Assembly: GCA_002189035.1 (NCBI GenBank)
Contig: CM007991.1
Span: 3,534,001-3,598,000, forward strand
Source: Utricularia gibba
Taxonomy: Eukaryota > Plantae > Magnoliophyta
Reading direction: 5' to 3'
Length of the DNA stretch: 64,000 bases
A model generated the notes under the pieces. It ran no database searches. It had not been told where the DNA came from and worked only from the letters and a program-made list of their open reading frames with translations. Below are positions 13,001 through 25,523 of the stretch, piece after piece. Made by a program: the position numbers and the translations under genes. Numbering within the stretch: position 1 is the stretch's first letter; each line of letters begins with the position of its first letter.

Positions 13001-16000
13001 AACTAGCATTATTACCTTTAAATTTTCCAATTCTGCAGTAAGAGCTTCAATCTTGGCAGTATCCTCCACAGGAACGGGAGTTTCTTTGACTATTGCAGAA
13101 GCTTCTTCTATAGCTTTTTGAGCTGCCTCTCGTTCCTTGAGAAGCTGAGCATTTGTTTCATCCACTTTGCTTTGCATAGCTTCCAATGCTTGCTGTAACT
13201 TCATCATCTCCTGAGTCTTAGCTTCCTCCAAGTCACCCTGCGTACAAGAATTCTCCATTAGTTCGGGTTTCACCTTAAGATCTAAAGAGTGCAGGTTTCA
13301 CCAATGAAGTTGGTGTTATGATGGGAAACTATTCAACTAACAGGATCCGAATGTATATGAGGTGCTGTGCATCAAAGTTAAACAAAAATTCCTTTACAAG
13401 AGTTTTAAGAACTATAATTACCCTTCTCCTCTTTTCAAGCTGTAGCCGCAATGTGAGATCTTCAACCTGCTTTTCAAGCTTGTCCTTAGCTTCTTTAAGC
13501 GCACCAGTTTCCCGTGCAGCCTGAATAGTATTATAGTAGATAAAGGGTATAAAACTCGAAAAGAAAACTCAACTTTGTAGCAGTGTAAATAACCAACGCT
13601 TACCATTTTCAGTTTTCTAAGCTCTTTCCTCCCCACTCTTCCCCTCCATCTGCATTGTGTTACAATGGTTGCCCTTATGAGTCTCTTGAAATACAAATAT
13701 TCTCGATGACCACGCCATCTTGCCTGAGAATAAATAGAATTTCCCCCACCACGAGTCAGAATGCACCCATTTCTAACAGAAAATTTTTGGCCAAGCAACG
13801 AAAACTGCTTTGTCACCTGTATAACAGTAGCTGCCTTACTTCGCTTTTTATGACTGAAAGCACAACGGGCAGCCATCGCACGCATCCCTGCTTGTATTAA
13901 TATAACTGATGACTTAAGTCTAGAGTAGTTCCTCCGGGCCACATGTCCTCTGTGTTTGGTCTGAATTTTAAGAGAAGCCGCCTCCCTTTTTAGTTTAGTG
14001 AAAATTTTGAAAGCAAGCCTTCCTGGAATCAAAGGTGTATATGTGAGAAAACAAAAAACATCTCACACTTCATTTTATTTCTTCGAAAAACATTAAGTAC
14101 CTCTGCACACAGATTGCATAGATACTGCTGCCTTGTGCAAGGCAAAAAAGTTTTTCCTCGCAATGTGAGTTTTGATTTTTCTTTGAATAGTCTTTGCTGC
14201 ATTACTCAGTTTTAGAGCTCTTCGAGCATCTAAATCGGCCATCTGGCCAGCTCTCAGAAATACCTTTGTTTTCCCTATCTGTATATGGTGTAGTAGCGTA
14301 CGGATTATGATAGTGCAAGCACAGAAAAAAAAAAATTCATCTAGACTTGAGAATTGAAATGGCCAGTGAACCTGAGCCCCAGCAAGAGCCATCTTCTCCA
14401 AAAGCTTTTTGCAGGCAGCCTTTTCATCATTGCTGAAAGTTTAAAGAATTTATAAGTCAGTTAAGCATTAACTTATTAACAACAAGCAAATGTTCTGGAA
14501 CCTACTTTCCTTCCATGAGCTCCGGAGCAAGAATTCCAAATCGATTAAGAAATTCATAAAATGTTTTCCGGGTGGGATAACCAGCACAACTAATCCTAAT
14601 TGCTTCCAAAACACCCTGCCACAATTATAACAGGAGTTTCTTATTTATAGGACTTTCCAAAAGGTTATTAGCCCTTAAAGGGCTCAAACTAATATAAGAG
14701 AGGAAAAAAGAGCTTCAGCACTTACACCACACCGTAGTTGCTGGAGAATATTGGTATTCTCAAAAATAGAAGGCTTCAGAAGGTTATTAGGCTTGACACA
14801 TCTAATGTAGTGAGGCTCTGTAGAATTTAGTGTTTCCATCAGTTGTTGGAGTTGAGTCTGTATGAATAAGCTAAAAGATCAGCTTTCACCCTTTGGAATG
14901 AACGGCATGAATACCCCCGAAGCAGGAAAGTTGATGAGAGGAAAGCCAAAGTGCCTACCTTAAAGCGTGAACCTATTGATGAGAATTTCGAAGACTTGTT
15001 TGTCTTTGTGGTTTCTTCTGCAACAGGAGGAAAAAGTCCTGCCACAAACGAGCATTTGGAAGTGGAAAGCAGGTCTTGGTGTTCAGGGACAACATAATCC
15101 TTGTTTTTATCCAAAAATTGGTCAGACTGATACTGGACCTGAACAGCGCAAACCAGGTCATTTGACATGAAATCTCAGGAGTAAGAAAATAAATACATTG
15201 CATTACCTCTCCAGCATAATGACCGATGGTGAAATCAGTACGCGAAAGCTTTGGTTTGATGAAGCGCTTGTGGGATTTAAATGTCTGATACAGCTTATTG
15301 GAAAAAGTCTCATGCGTGGACTTCGGAAACATACTGCAAAAACAACATATAAACATAAAAGATGCTGCTGCTCAGAACTAAAAACCAAATATCATGCCTC
15401 ATCAAGAATAAAAGCTCACCATGCTTCATCAAGAAGAGCGATGATTCCTCCAGGCTTCTGCAGGAAGAAATTGAAAGAAGCAATGCATGAATTCATAACT
15501 CATTCCACTAGGAAAAGGTAACAAACACTAAACAAAAGAGTTAAATAATAGACCTTTTCAATAAGATCAAGGACATCTTGGTTATCAACAAATTCTATGT
15601 AGCTCCAATCAATTTCCTCTTTTGTGTATTCTTCTTGCTCCATCTTGAAAACATGCTGAAAGAGAAAATCTCAGAATTTCAGCACCCAATATCTGGAATA
15701 TGCTAAGCATGCTGAAACATTCTGATACCTGATTAAAATGTTGTTGTAGCTTCTCATTGGTAAAATTAATACAGAACTGTTCAAAACTAATCAAAAATCA
15801 AATTTAGTTTAAGCTAACAGCAGTTAAAGCTACGGTTTGATTTTGATTGAAAGCACTTTGAATTAGTGTTACCTGTTAGTCTTGAAGCTTTCAAAACCAT
15901 AAATATCAAGAACACCAATAAGACATTTAGAATTTGAATCCTGCCCGATTGATACGTTTATTTTGTCAACCAACCTGCACATTTTTGCTGCCTTGTATCA

Positions 16001-18234
16001 AGAATGGCATGAGATCTGGAAAATAAAAAGTCAATGGAAACTGATACCAATCAAACAAACGAGAGTATGTTGTCTTTGCTAAGCCATCCCTACTGACTGT
16101 GGCACCATCAGGATCAAGACTCCTCTTGATGACTTCTTCTGGAGTGACCATCACACGCTTCAACAGAGCATCTTCCAGGGCATTTGCGTCACACCTAAAA
16201 GATATCACAGGAATAGAGATGCTATTTCAACAAAATTCAGTACAATTTTTATAGTAGTATGAAAATTATACATGAGAAGCTCTGCTGTGGTTTGAAGATG
16301 GAATTTTGATTTGTCATCTTTGAGGACAGAGGAATCAATTTCTTGTCCCTTTGCAAATTGGATGTTACCAAGATGGAGAATAGCGGCCACCACTCGGAAA
16401 ATTGCCTCCTGGAGACCGGGGAACAATGACTGACTACATGGAGAATGTGTTTGTGACAAAACCGAAGGAATATTTTAACGTTACCTGCTCCTTTTGACTT
16501 ATTCCAACAACATCCATTGCCCGCCGAGTTGCCAAGTAATCATGAGCCTCATTCACACCAACAAGTTCAATACAGTTGGACTGGTTAAGGTAATGGAATG
16601 TTTTCGGGTGTCCAAGTTTGTACTTGTCAATTTCCTGGAATGACATACAAATAAGTTTTAAAATTCCAGTGCTATGAATTTTAAAAAATAAAATAAGTTC
16701 TGCATGAAACCAGAGATGAGGAAATTGACCTCTTGTGGAGCTGCACAAAGAAGGTAGAAACAGTGGTAATTGCGCTCTGGGTCTGAAATCTGGCACACAC
16801 GAGATCTCTCAAGAAGATATGTTCTAATGGCTGCCCCTGATATTCGTCCATGCTTGTCAAACTGAATCTCAACAAATTTACCGAAGCGGCTGTGCCAACA
16901 GAAAGAAAAGTTTTAAAAAAATTAAAATAAAATGTATACCGCCTTCACAGCTTGTTGACTAGTAGCTTCATAAAGCTAACTTAGGGCACCAATGTTCACC
17001 TTGAGTTATTATTTCTGACAGTTTTTGCATTACCAAAAGCCTCGAGTACTGGATTTGACTGCATTGAGACGCATAGAATACTCAGAATTTATAGCTATGT
17101 ATATGGACTTATACGCACATGAAAGAACGACACATTTTACCTCAAGAACTTGTTGTTCTACTGTGCGCCCTTCGGTTCCTTTCCTGCCGCCAAGATAAGC
17201 CAGGTATTGCATCAGCATCTTAGTAGTTTCCGTCTTACCAGCACCACTCTCTCCACTAACCAGTATTGAATTACTTTTTCCCTCATTTACCATTGCCCTG
17301 ATACAATGTATCAATATCATTGCTTGAATTTTCTAAAACTATAAAATCCCATCACGAATTATTCAGTCATACCTGAAGGCAATATCTGCTATTGCAAACA
17401 CATGGGGGCTTAACTCTCCAAAAGGCACTCCTTTGTATTGTTCCATCATGTGCAAATTATACAGGTGAGGCAGCCTTTGAAATGGATTGATGGCAATAAG
17501 AATGCTTCCTGTATAAGTCTGAACAAATGGATAAATGTCATGTTAGTATCATCGACTGCTATTTGAGCCTCCTCCCCCTAAATATTTCGACACCATTTTC
17601 TCACATAAATCTCATTCAGCTGATATCTGGTGGACAAATTCTGCAGGACACCAGGTTCATGCAAATAAGACAGTTTTGTCATATCATCGACTCCTCCGGC
17701 AGGTGCATCCTCATCCTTGGGATATACACTTGCCAATTTAGCAACAACCTGGTGAGGTACAAGAAGATGATGGAGTGTCATATATTGCTTAGCCATTTTT
17801 CAGTTAGTTTGGAAAACAACTTGCCTTCTTGCCATTTGTTGTTTGCACTTCAACTTCCTGTCCATCTATCCTCGTCACAAGTCCATCAACCCAGGCAATA
17901 TCTGGATCTTCAATCCAAACATGAGAACCTACAACGAAATTTACTTGGGTGGCCTGCATTTAAATTTTGATATACATTTTCCAGTGTCAGAGAGCATATA
18001 AAAAAGTATCCCAAGAAAACGAGTGCACATTGAACTCTAAAATCACAGGCATCATCTGAACACATCCAACCCAAAACACAAACTCGCTATCATCAACTGT
18101 GAGCGGCTCCCTCAGTAGATGTTCTGCATCAAAAATGGTATAATACTACACTACATTGATCATGATCCCAGAATTTCAGCTCCCAAAAACGTTTCACTAT
18201 ATACGAATACATGGACACATCAAATACTCACCAT
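10079..18234 (-). CDS. Myosin XI, full length (motor, IQ repeats, coiled coil, DIL tail), most like the XI-C/XI-E clade
   Basis: ATG-only first coding exon (ATG|gtgagt at 18234-18232), then [18 protein letters not shown]-loop [14 protein letters not shown] motifs, DIL exons ([30 protein letters not shown]), ending [19 protein letters not shown]. Confidence 0.95.
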
Positions 18235-18660
18235 CCTAATTCCAAAAACATGAAGTTCCCAACATATCCGCCAAAGAAAACAAGGAACATTCACTTATTC
18301 TGTCCCATCACCGAACCGGATCATCAAAGACCAAAAACAAAAACGTCCGAAGAAAATCCCAGAAAAAGAGGATTCGCCAATGTCTGAAACCCGGATAACG
18401 GTCTCTTTCTGGATCCCCTGAGTAACTCTTGGAACTCGAAAATGGAAATGCGAGTAATGGGAATGGATTTGTGGAGGAGAACGACATCCTTCGATCCCTA
18501 CGCTGTCGGAGTTGAACCCTTCCCTTCCTTGGGACAGCGGACTAGGAGAGAATGTGCGAAATGCGAAAACAATTTATATGTTGCCCATGGAGTGTATTTA
18601 TTATTATCATTATTATTATTAATTATTTTATTTCTTCCTTAAAATAAAACCGTTACCGTT

Positions 18661-18706
18661 GGGGCCCATAAGAAAGCCCATGGGTTTCCCATAGGGCCAG
18701 GCCCAA
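18661..18706. promoter_or_regulatory. Site II motif cluster in the myosin XI / kinase divergent promoter
   Basis: GGGCCCA, AGCCCA and GGCCCA within 46 bp between two head-to-head genes. Confidence 0.5.
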
Positions 18707-18961
18707 ATCTTGTCAGCCCCGAATACTTCATCATGCTTTTGCGTTTCAGTTGGCCGGAAAAATAGCTCCTCTCTTCTTCATTCCCTGGCTAGGCGTATTT
18801 GTGTTTGTGTTCTTTCTGCGGGCATCAAGGATAGAACCTATTTGCGGGTTCTCATCCGATGGGGAGAGATTGAAGATTCGCGAACCAGGGGAGCAGCATT
18901 TTCAGCCTGAAAACTGTTTCTGGTGATTCTTTTTCAGCTTGAAAACGTTCAGGCGCAAAGG

Positions 18962-20516
18962 ATGAGTTGTTTCTCATGCTTCTCCTCCAAGCGGAAGACG
19001 TCGAGGCATGGCGTCCGGGATAAAGCTGTACCTCAAGAGCCGTCTCCGCCGCCGTGTCCGCAACCCCGAGGTTCATCTACGCAGCAGCACCATCCCACTG
19101 GTAAAAGGGATCCCTTTAATTTCTTAATCACGTTCGTTTCTGGGCCTGATAACCTTCACCCCTTTTTAGAACATCCGGGGACGAGTGGCAAGCCCCTTGA
19201 AAAAGAAAACAATAACAACATTGCTGCTCAGACATTCACCTTCAGGGAGTTAGCATCCGCGACCAGGAATTTCCGGCCAGAATATCTCCTCGGAGAGGGT
19301 GGATTCGGCCGAGTTTACAAGGGCCGTCTCAGTAAAACAGATCAGGTTACCTGTCTGAATCTTAACCATTACATTGGAATTGATCATAAAACCAGGCATC
19401 ATTTTTTCACCGTCTCCAGACAGTGGCCGTGAAGCAATTAGACCGAAATGGCGTGCAAGGAAATCGAGAATTCCTCGTAGAAGTACTGATGCTTAGCCTC
19501 CTGCATCATCAACATCTTGTAAACCTGATCGGATATTGCGCCGATGGAGATCAACGCCTCTTGGTTTACGAATACATGCCTCTGGGATCTCTCGAGGATC
19601 ACCTTCTAGGTAAATCAATCATACTTCTCGTTAACTACTACATCCCTGTCTTGACATTTGCACATTTTTACGCCATCTTCAGACCTACCGCCAAACCAGG
19701 CTCCTTTACCATGGTTCACAAGGATGAAGATCGCCCTCCATGCCGCCAAGGGGCTGGAGTACTTGCACGATAAAGCGAATCCTCCGGTCATCTATCGCGA
19801 CCTGAAGTCTTCAAACATCTTACTTGACAGAGAATACAATGCCAAGCTATCAGATTTTGGGCTAGCAAAGTTGGGGCCAGTCGGAGATAAATCATATGTA
19901 TCAACCAGAGTAATGGGTACATATGGCTACTGTGCTCCTGAGTACCAACGAACAGGGCAACTCACCATGAAGTCAGATGTTTATAGCTTCGGTGTTGTTC
20001 TCCTGGAGTTGATCACCGGGAGGCGGGCCATCGACACCAGACTCGACCCTGAACAACAGAACCTGGTTGCATGGGTAAAAGAAAACAAAAGCAACAGCTA
20101 GTTGAGTTACCTGCTCTACTCCACTCTTCTGATAATGTCATCATCACCAGGCTGATCCAATTTTCAAGGACCCCAGCAGACTCCAGGAGCTATCCGATCC
20201 ACAACTCAAGTCCCAATTCCCAAAGAAGAGTTTCAATCAAGCAGTTGCTGTAGCAGCAATGTGTCTGCAAGAGGATGCTTCTGTTCGGCCTCTGATAAGT
20301 GACGTTGTTACAGCGCTGAGTATGCTTCCAGAGGAGCAGCCTGAAACAGGCCTCACACGGTCAGCCTCAACACCAGCATTTTCAGTGATGGAGAACCCTG
20401 AGACCCACAACGACACAACAGCCATGGAACGACAGAAGGCTGTCGCCGAAGCTATGGCATGGGGCGCCCACTCGAGGAGCAACAGCGTGCGCAGGAACCA
20501 AGTGAGGAAGTGTTGA
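18962..20516 (+). CDS. Receptor-like cytoplasmic kinase VII (PBL25/26-like)
   Basis: [10 protein letters not shown]-terminus (putative palmitoylation Cys). Kinase motifs [34 protein letters not shown] and [17 protein letters not shown]. Five exons in phase. Confidence 0.93.
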
Positions 20517-20578
20517 GTTTGGAGAGTGTAATCTGAATATAAGTGAATTTTGAATTTAATGACAAATATCAGCCACTT

Positions 20579-20651
20579 GGGGATGTAGCTCAGATGGTAG
20601 AGCGCTCGCTTAGCATGCGAGAGGTACGGGGATCGATACCCCGCATCTCCA
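20579..20651 (+). tRNA. trnA-AGC: tRNA-Ala (anticodon AGC)
   Basis: GGGGATGTAGCTCAGATGGTAGAGCGCTCGCTTAGCATGCGAGAGGTACGGGGATCGATACCCCGCATCTCCA (73 nt). Anticodon arm CTCGC-TTAGCAT-GCGAG, and a T5 Pol III terminator at 20672-20676. Confidence 0.97.
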
Positions 20652-20890
20652 AAGCTCTTCACGGTTTAGTGTTTTTGCTTATTCATCATTTACTTTTAAG
20701 GCCAGCATGCCCATTTCATCTAGTAAAAATTACTGTTGTGGTGGGTCATTTAATTTGTTCATGGTAAAAAGGTAACCGCAAAAGGGTAAAGATAATACAA
20801 CCAATCCTAATGATATGAAATGGGCGGTTCAATTGTGGACATTCCGCCATCCTCTGGCTTCATAGCTCAGAGGGACCACCATTCCTCTCA

Positions 20891-22263
20891 TCAGAGTCCT
20901 GCAGCATCACCATGTTCGATATTATGGTTTAAAGGCTCCAAATCCTCATCAGCCTCATTTCTCTCTGCTACTGTTGTTGCATCAAGCTTATCATTGTCTG
21001 GGATTTCATGGGGTTGCACAGCAGACATCACATCATTCTCACGAATTAAGTTATCATTATCCTCTGGTTCCACACGGCTTTCGATTTCGTTGTCTGAGTC
21101 ATTGTATAATGTGCTCTCAATCTCGCCTCTCTTCTCTTTTTGCTCCAGGCATTGCATTCTCCTTCTCAAGTCCTCAAACTCCCTCTCCATTAAGAACAGT
21201 CTTTCCTTCAAGATCAAGTTCTCCTCCTCCAGTTGTGCAATATGGCTATCATGGTCATCTACCCGGTTCTCTAATACATAATGCTGATCCAGAACAGAAG
21301 GGTTGTTCTTGGTTGGGTCGTAGATCATCTCAAACCGGCTCAAGTCATGGTCGAACCTCCGGGTCACTTCCACATGCCCCTCTCCATCGCTTTCACTAGA
21401 ACTTCCTCCATCTTCTTCTTCATCCTCATTAGTCTCCATTTCATGTCCCTGTGGTCTCAACCTAATAAACCCTTTCATTGATCCATATCCATCAACTCCC
21501 CATTCTTCCTTTGCCATGTCCACTACAACCTCTCGAGACGGGGAGAAAATAGGTGTGGGAATGATAGCAGGTGTCATTGGAGAAGGAGAAACCAATGGCG
21601 CAATACCCCCACTCTTCTTCGCCCTGATTATGAAGGAAGTAGTATTCCGAGGAGCAAAGGGTGCAGACATGTCATCACCAAGACGATAATTACTATTCCC
21701 ACCCATGCCCATATTAACAACACCACTTTTATTGAACTTCTTCTTCTGGAAGTATCTCCCTGTCTTCAACCTGTTATGATGCTGCAATTCACTTAGAGAT
21801 GGAGGCTGATAGCTAGTGATTTCCGGATTTCCCAAACCACCGACTTCCATCATGTTTACATTTCCAGGAAGGGATCCAGCCATTAGCGCTTTCAGCTGAT
21901 CATTTCTCCTTTTCTCTGTAAGATTACTACTCTTCTTCCCCTTCCAGTTATTCCTTGGCCCCAAAGACTTCTTGAAACCTGTCAAAGATGGTTTCACACC
22001 CCCAACTGCAGATTTGCTGCTTTGAAATTGTGATGGAGGCGGCCATACGCCATAGGATCGATTCATCGGAGGCATCTGCACGTCCTAAACAATAAGAATA
22101 CACAACTACAGAATACTTTGAAGGAAATTGATCAATTTTTTGGATTCTAGGGGACCACCTGAGGTTGAGGTTGAGTCATCTGGTTCATGCTCATCAAATT
22201 GTGGTTCATGTTCATTAATGGCTGCTGCTGCTGTTGGTTCATCATCACTCCCTGCTCTATCAT
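20891..22263 (-). CDS. PRL1-interacting factor A-like coiled-coil protein, 2 coding exons
   Basis: Exon 1 MIEQGVMMNQQQQ...QPQPQ splices to DVQMPPMNRSYGVWPP. Conserved-looking blocks APRNTTSFIIRAKKSGGIA and EEWGVDGYGSMKG, an acidic tract and a C-terminal coiled coil. Family name from memory. Confidence 0.75.
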
Positions 22264-23049
22264 CTCACTCCTACACTGAAAAAATAAGAACAAATTAGAT
22301 TGCACAATTCTGAAAATTGAAATGAAACAGCGTACCAGCTTCAGGATTCAAAATCTTCAAATCGCACCCCAAGAACACGTAAATACACGCACCTCAGACC
22401 ACAGAAGGAGAAATTTCACACATAAATCACTTCGAAGAGCTGAGAATTCAAGATGGAAGCAAGAAGAATCTCAAAGAACAACACGGTCCAGGCGAGTTCA
22501 ATCCGTCGACCAAACTCTCCCTAGTTTCGTTATGGTTAACCGCCCCGAGAAGCGGGCGCTAGGGCAGCTATATAGCCCAGATGTCCGGGTCCGGGTCGGC
22601 TTGGTAGACAAAAGGGGCGAACCTATTCAAAATTACAGATTTTAATTTATTTAGTTTTAAAAACAAAATATCACTCTTTTGTTTCATGTATTTGGGATTA
22701 AATATAACATTATTTTAAATATATATTTATAAAACTCACAATTTTAATTTTTACCATAATTACAAATAAATTAATTAAATATATTATTAATTAAATTATC
22801 ATATTAAACAGAAGATATATATACTCCATGCCAGATATTTGTGAATTTAATTAAATATTTTGATTTTCCAAAACTTAGATATTTATTTTCATAATAAATA
22901 TAAAGACGAACGTTTGAGGAACCCCCAAAGCTCACTTCGGCATCATTATTGGTAATAGATGACAACTCCTTCCAGAGTTCATATGGCGTGGACAAGATAA
23001 GGCGGCAGAGCAGAGGCGCGGCGGCTCCGGTGGGTTTAGCGGCGGCGCC

Positions 23050-24198
23050 TCAGAATTCGTTCTTGTACCAGTACACGCCCTTGCTCGGGGAATGCTCCTC
23101 CTTCTCCACGTACAGGCATTCTCTGGCCTCCCTCCAAAGCGCCTTGTGGACGGGGGTGGGATCAAGCTTGTAGTAAGAGCCAAGGACCGGCTTGATGGCC
23201 CTGGTGGCCTCCATGGCATGGTAATGGGGCATCGTGGAGAAGAGGTGATGCGCCACATGTGTGTCTGTGATGTTGTGGAACACCTTGTTCAGCACCCCGT
23301 AGTCCCGATCCACGGTGGCGAGAGCTCCCCGGAGCCAATCCCACTCGGAGGAATCGTAGTGGGGGAGGGCCGGATGGGTGTGCTGCAGGTAGGTGATGAG
23401 GACGAGGAAGCCATTGACGACGAGCAGGGGAGCTCCATAGATGCAGAAGAGCCAGAGGAAGCCATTGGAGATAGCAGCACGGTAGAGGGTGAATACAGCA
23501 GCAAGAAGGCCTGCATCGGAGAGGAAGATCTGAAGCCGCTCCCGGTCGTTGTATATAGGGCCGTAAGGGTCGAAATGGCAGGCGAAACGATCATACGGCC
23601 GACCGGAGACATTGAACGCCAGATAGAGTGGCCATCCGAGAGTGAGCTGGATGACAAGGCCGAGAAGACGGCCTGGTGGATTGTTCATATACTTGGAGAA
23701 CCAGGAGATGTCTGACTTGGGCTTTGGGACAAACACCTCGTCTCTCTCGAGGGATCCGGTGTTGGAGTGGTGGCGCCGGTGGCTGTATTTCCAGGAGAAG
23801 TAGGGAACAAGGAGGGAAGAATGGAGGATGAGGCCGACAGTGTCATCAACCCACTGATAGTCACTAAAAGCATGGTGGCCACACTCATGAGCAATCACCC
23901 AAACTCCGGTGCAGACACAGCCTTGAACAGCCCAATAAACTGGCCAGGCGATGTAGATGTAAGGAGCAGGAAGCAGATGAATGTAGGTCACTGCAATGTA
24001 GTAGAGAGCAGCTACTATAACAAGATCATGAACCACATAGGAGAAGGATCTGATGAGTGATCTCTGAAAGCAGTGGGGTGGGATGGCTTTCTTAATGTCT
24101 CCCAGAGTGAATGCTGGCTTATCAACAGGTGCTTTCTGCAGGGCATTCTTCTTCAGTTCATCTTCTGAAGATAGAGCCACGCGTCCACCAGCGCCCAT
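23050..24198 (-). CDS. FAD2: Microsomal omega-6 (delta-12) fatty acid desaturase, intronless CDS
   Basis: MGAGGR start and three His boxes HECGHH, HRRHH and HVAHH; C-terminal GVYWYKNEF. Confidence 0.97.
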   Translation of the reverse strand: MGAGGRVALSSEDELKKNALQKAPVDKPAFTLGDIKKAIPPHCFQRSLIRSFSYVVHDLVIVAALYYIAVTYIHLLPAPYIYIAWPVYWAVQGCVCTGVWVIAHECGHHAFSDYQWVDDTVGLILHSSLLVPYFSWKYSHRRHHSNTGSLERDEVFVPKPKSDISWFSKYMNNPPGRLLGLVIQLTLGWPLYLAFNVSGRPYDRFACHFDPYGPIYNDRERLQIFLSDAGLLAAVFTLYRAAISNGFLWLFCIYGAPLLVVNGFLVLITYLQHTHPALPHYDSSEWDWLRGALATVDRDYGVLNKVFHNITDTHVAHHLFSTMPHYHAMEATRAIKPVLGSYYKLDPTPVHKALWREARECLYVEKEEHSPSKGVYWYKNEF

Positions 24199-24231
24199 CT
24201 CCACTTGCTGCCCCTCGCCCAATTCAGCTAG

Positions 24232-24905
24232 CTTGTGAACAGAAGCACACAGTTTTTAACAACACCAAACAGAATCTTTGCATCAATTAAAAATGACACA
24301 GGATTAAAAGCTTCACAGTCAATCACTCAATTACAAAAAGAGAAGGATTCTTTTATCCAGAAGAAAACTACACCAGTCAAGATACAAACTTTGGGCACCT
24401 CTACGCGTGCTCATAAAGTCCAGAGGAATCGACATCAATAAGGGATGCTGATTCCTCCAGATTCGCACCTCAAAAAGGAGTTCTTTTCCGAACTTTGGAA
24501 TAAAGTCATAAACCGCTGCATGGTAATTTCAAACGGCTGTGAAAATTCCCAGTAACAGGAATATAAAGAAGAATCTATCCATGGAGATCCTAGAGTATTT
24601 AGCCCTACATGCAACCCCTGAAGCGGAAAAAACTGAAATCCGAATCGTGGGTCTTGAATGGAAACATTTTCAGACTACAGGCATTCATCCTATGAACACG
24701 AATTCAACATGCAGATGATAAAGCAATTAGAGATTCAGGAACTCTTCAGATCTACTAATCTCGTAACAATGTAGCGCCCAAAAAATAGAAAATATGAAGC
24801 AGTTTCTGTAGAGACTATCAAGAAAGCACCTGTTGGGAAAAATAGACAGCAAACAAACAACAATGCAACGGGTGGGGGATCGGCGAAAAAGTGAAGTGGC
24901 GTTAC
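24232..24905 (-). promoter_or_regulatory. FAD2 5'UTR intron
   Basis: Donor CCG|gtaacg at 24905 and acceptor ttctgttcacaag ~34 nt upstream of the ATG. A 5'UTR intron is a known conserved feature of FAD2 genes. Confidence 0.6.
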
Positions 24906-25523
24906 CGGCCAAGAGCTGAGAGAGCCTCAAAGAAGAGGGAGGGGGAAAGGGAATCCATACCCTTTAAAGAAACCAGCCACGGATCTCCTCACGTGACGCA
25001 GAGGCCCTTGGCCCAGCCGCGACAACGAAGCTGAGTCCAATAAACGAATTTGATATAATTTTCACTTTTTGTATGGTGACGGAGAAGAAGACATAGCATT
25101 ACGTCGTGGCAGATCCTCCTCCACCGCCATAACCGCCCGCACCTCTCCCAACTTCCATTGGCAGCACGCTTGCATTTATGTTGGTGGCCGGAAGTGAAAG
25201 ATGCAGCGATCCACCCCGTCTTCTTCACATGCATTACTGAAGCATTGATGGAGGCCAGCCCGAATCCCTAACTCATGCGGAACCCAAAATGGGTAGGGCG
25301 AAATCCACAAGGAAGAGTCGAGGAATGATTAAGGAGACGTTTATTCCGTGTCCGAATTCTAAAACTCAAGAAACTTCTCCATAACTCAAAGAAGAAAGCT
25401 CGCATTTTCTACTGATTGTCTTGCAGATTATAGTTGAAGATGATCGAACCTTTTTGTCTTGTTTCAAGGATGTAATCTAAAAGGAAGCAACTTGGGTAGA
25501 TTACAAGTGAAAAGGAATCGTCA

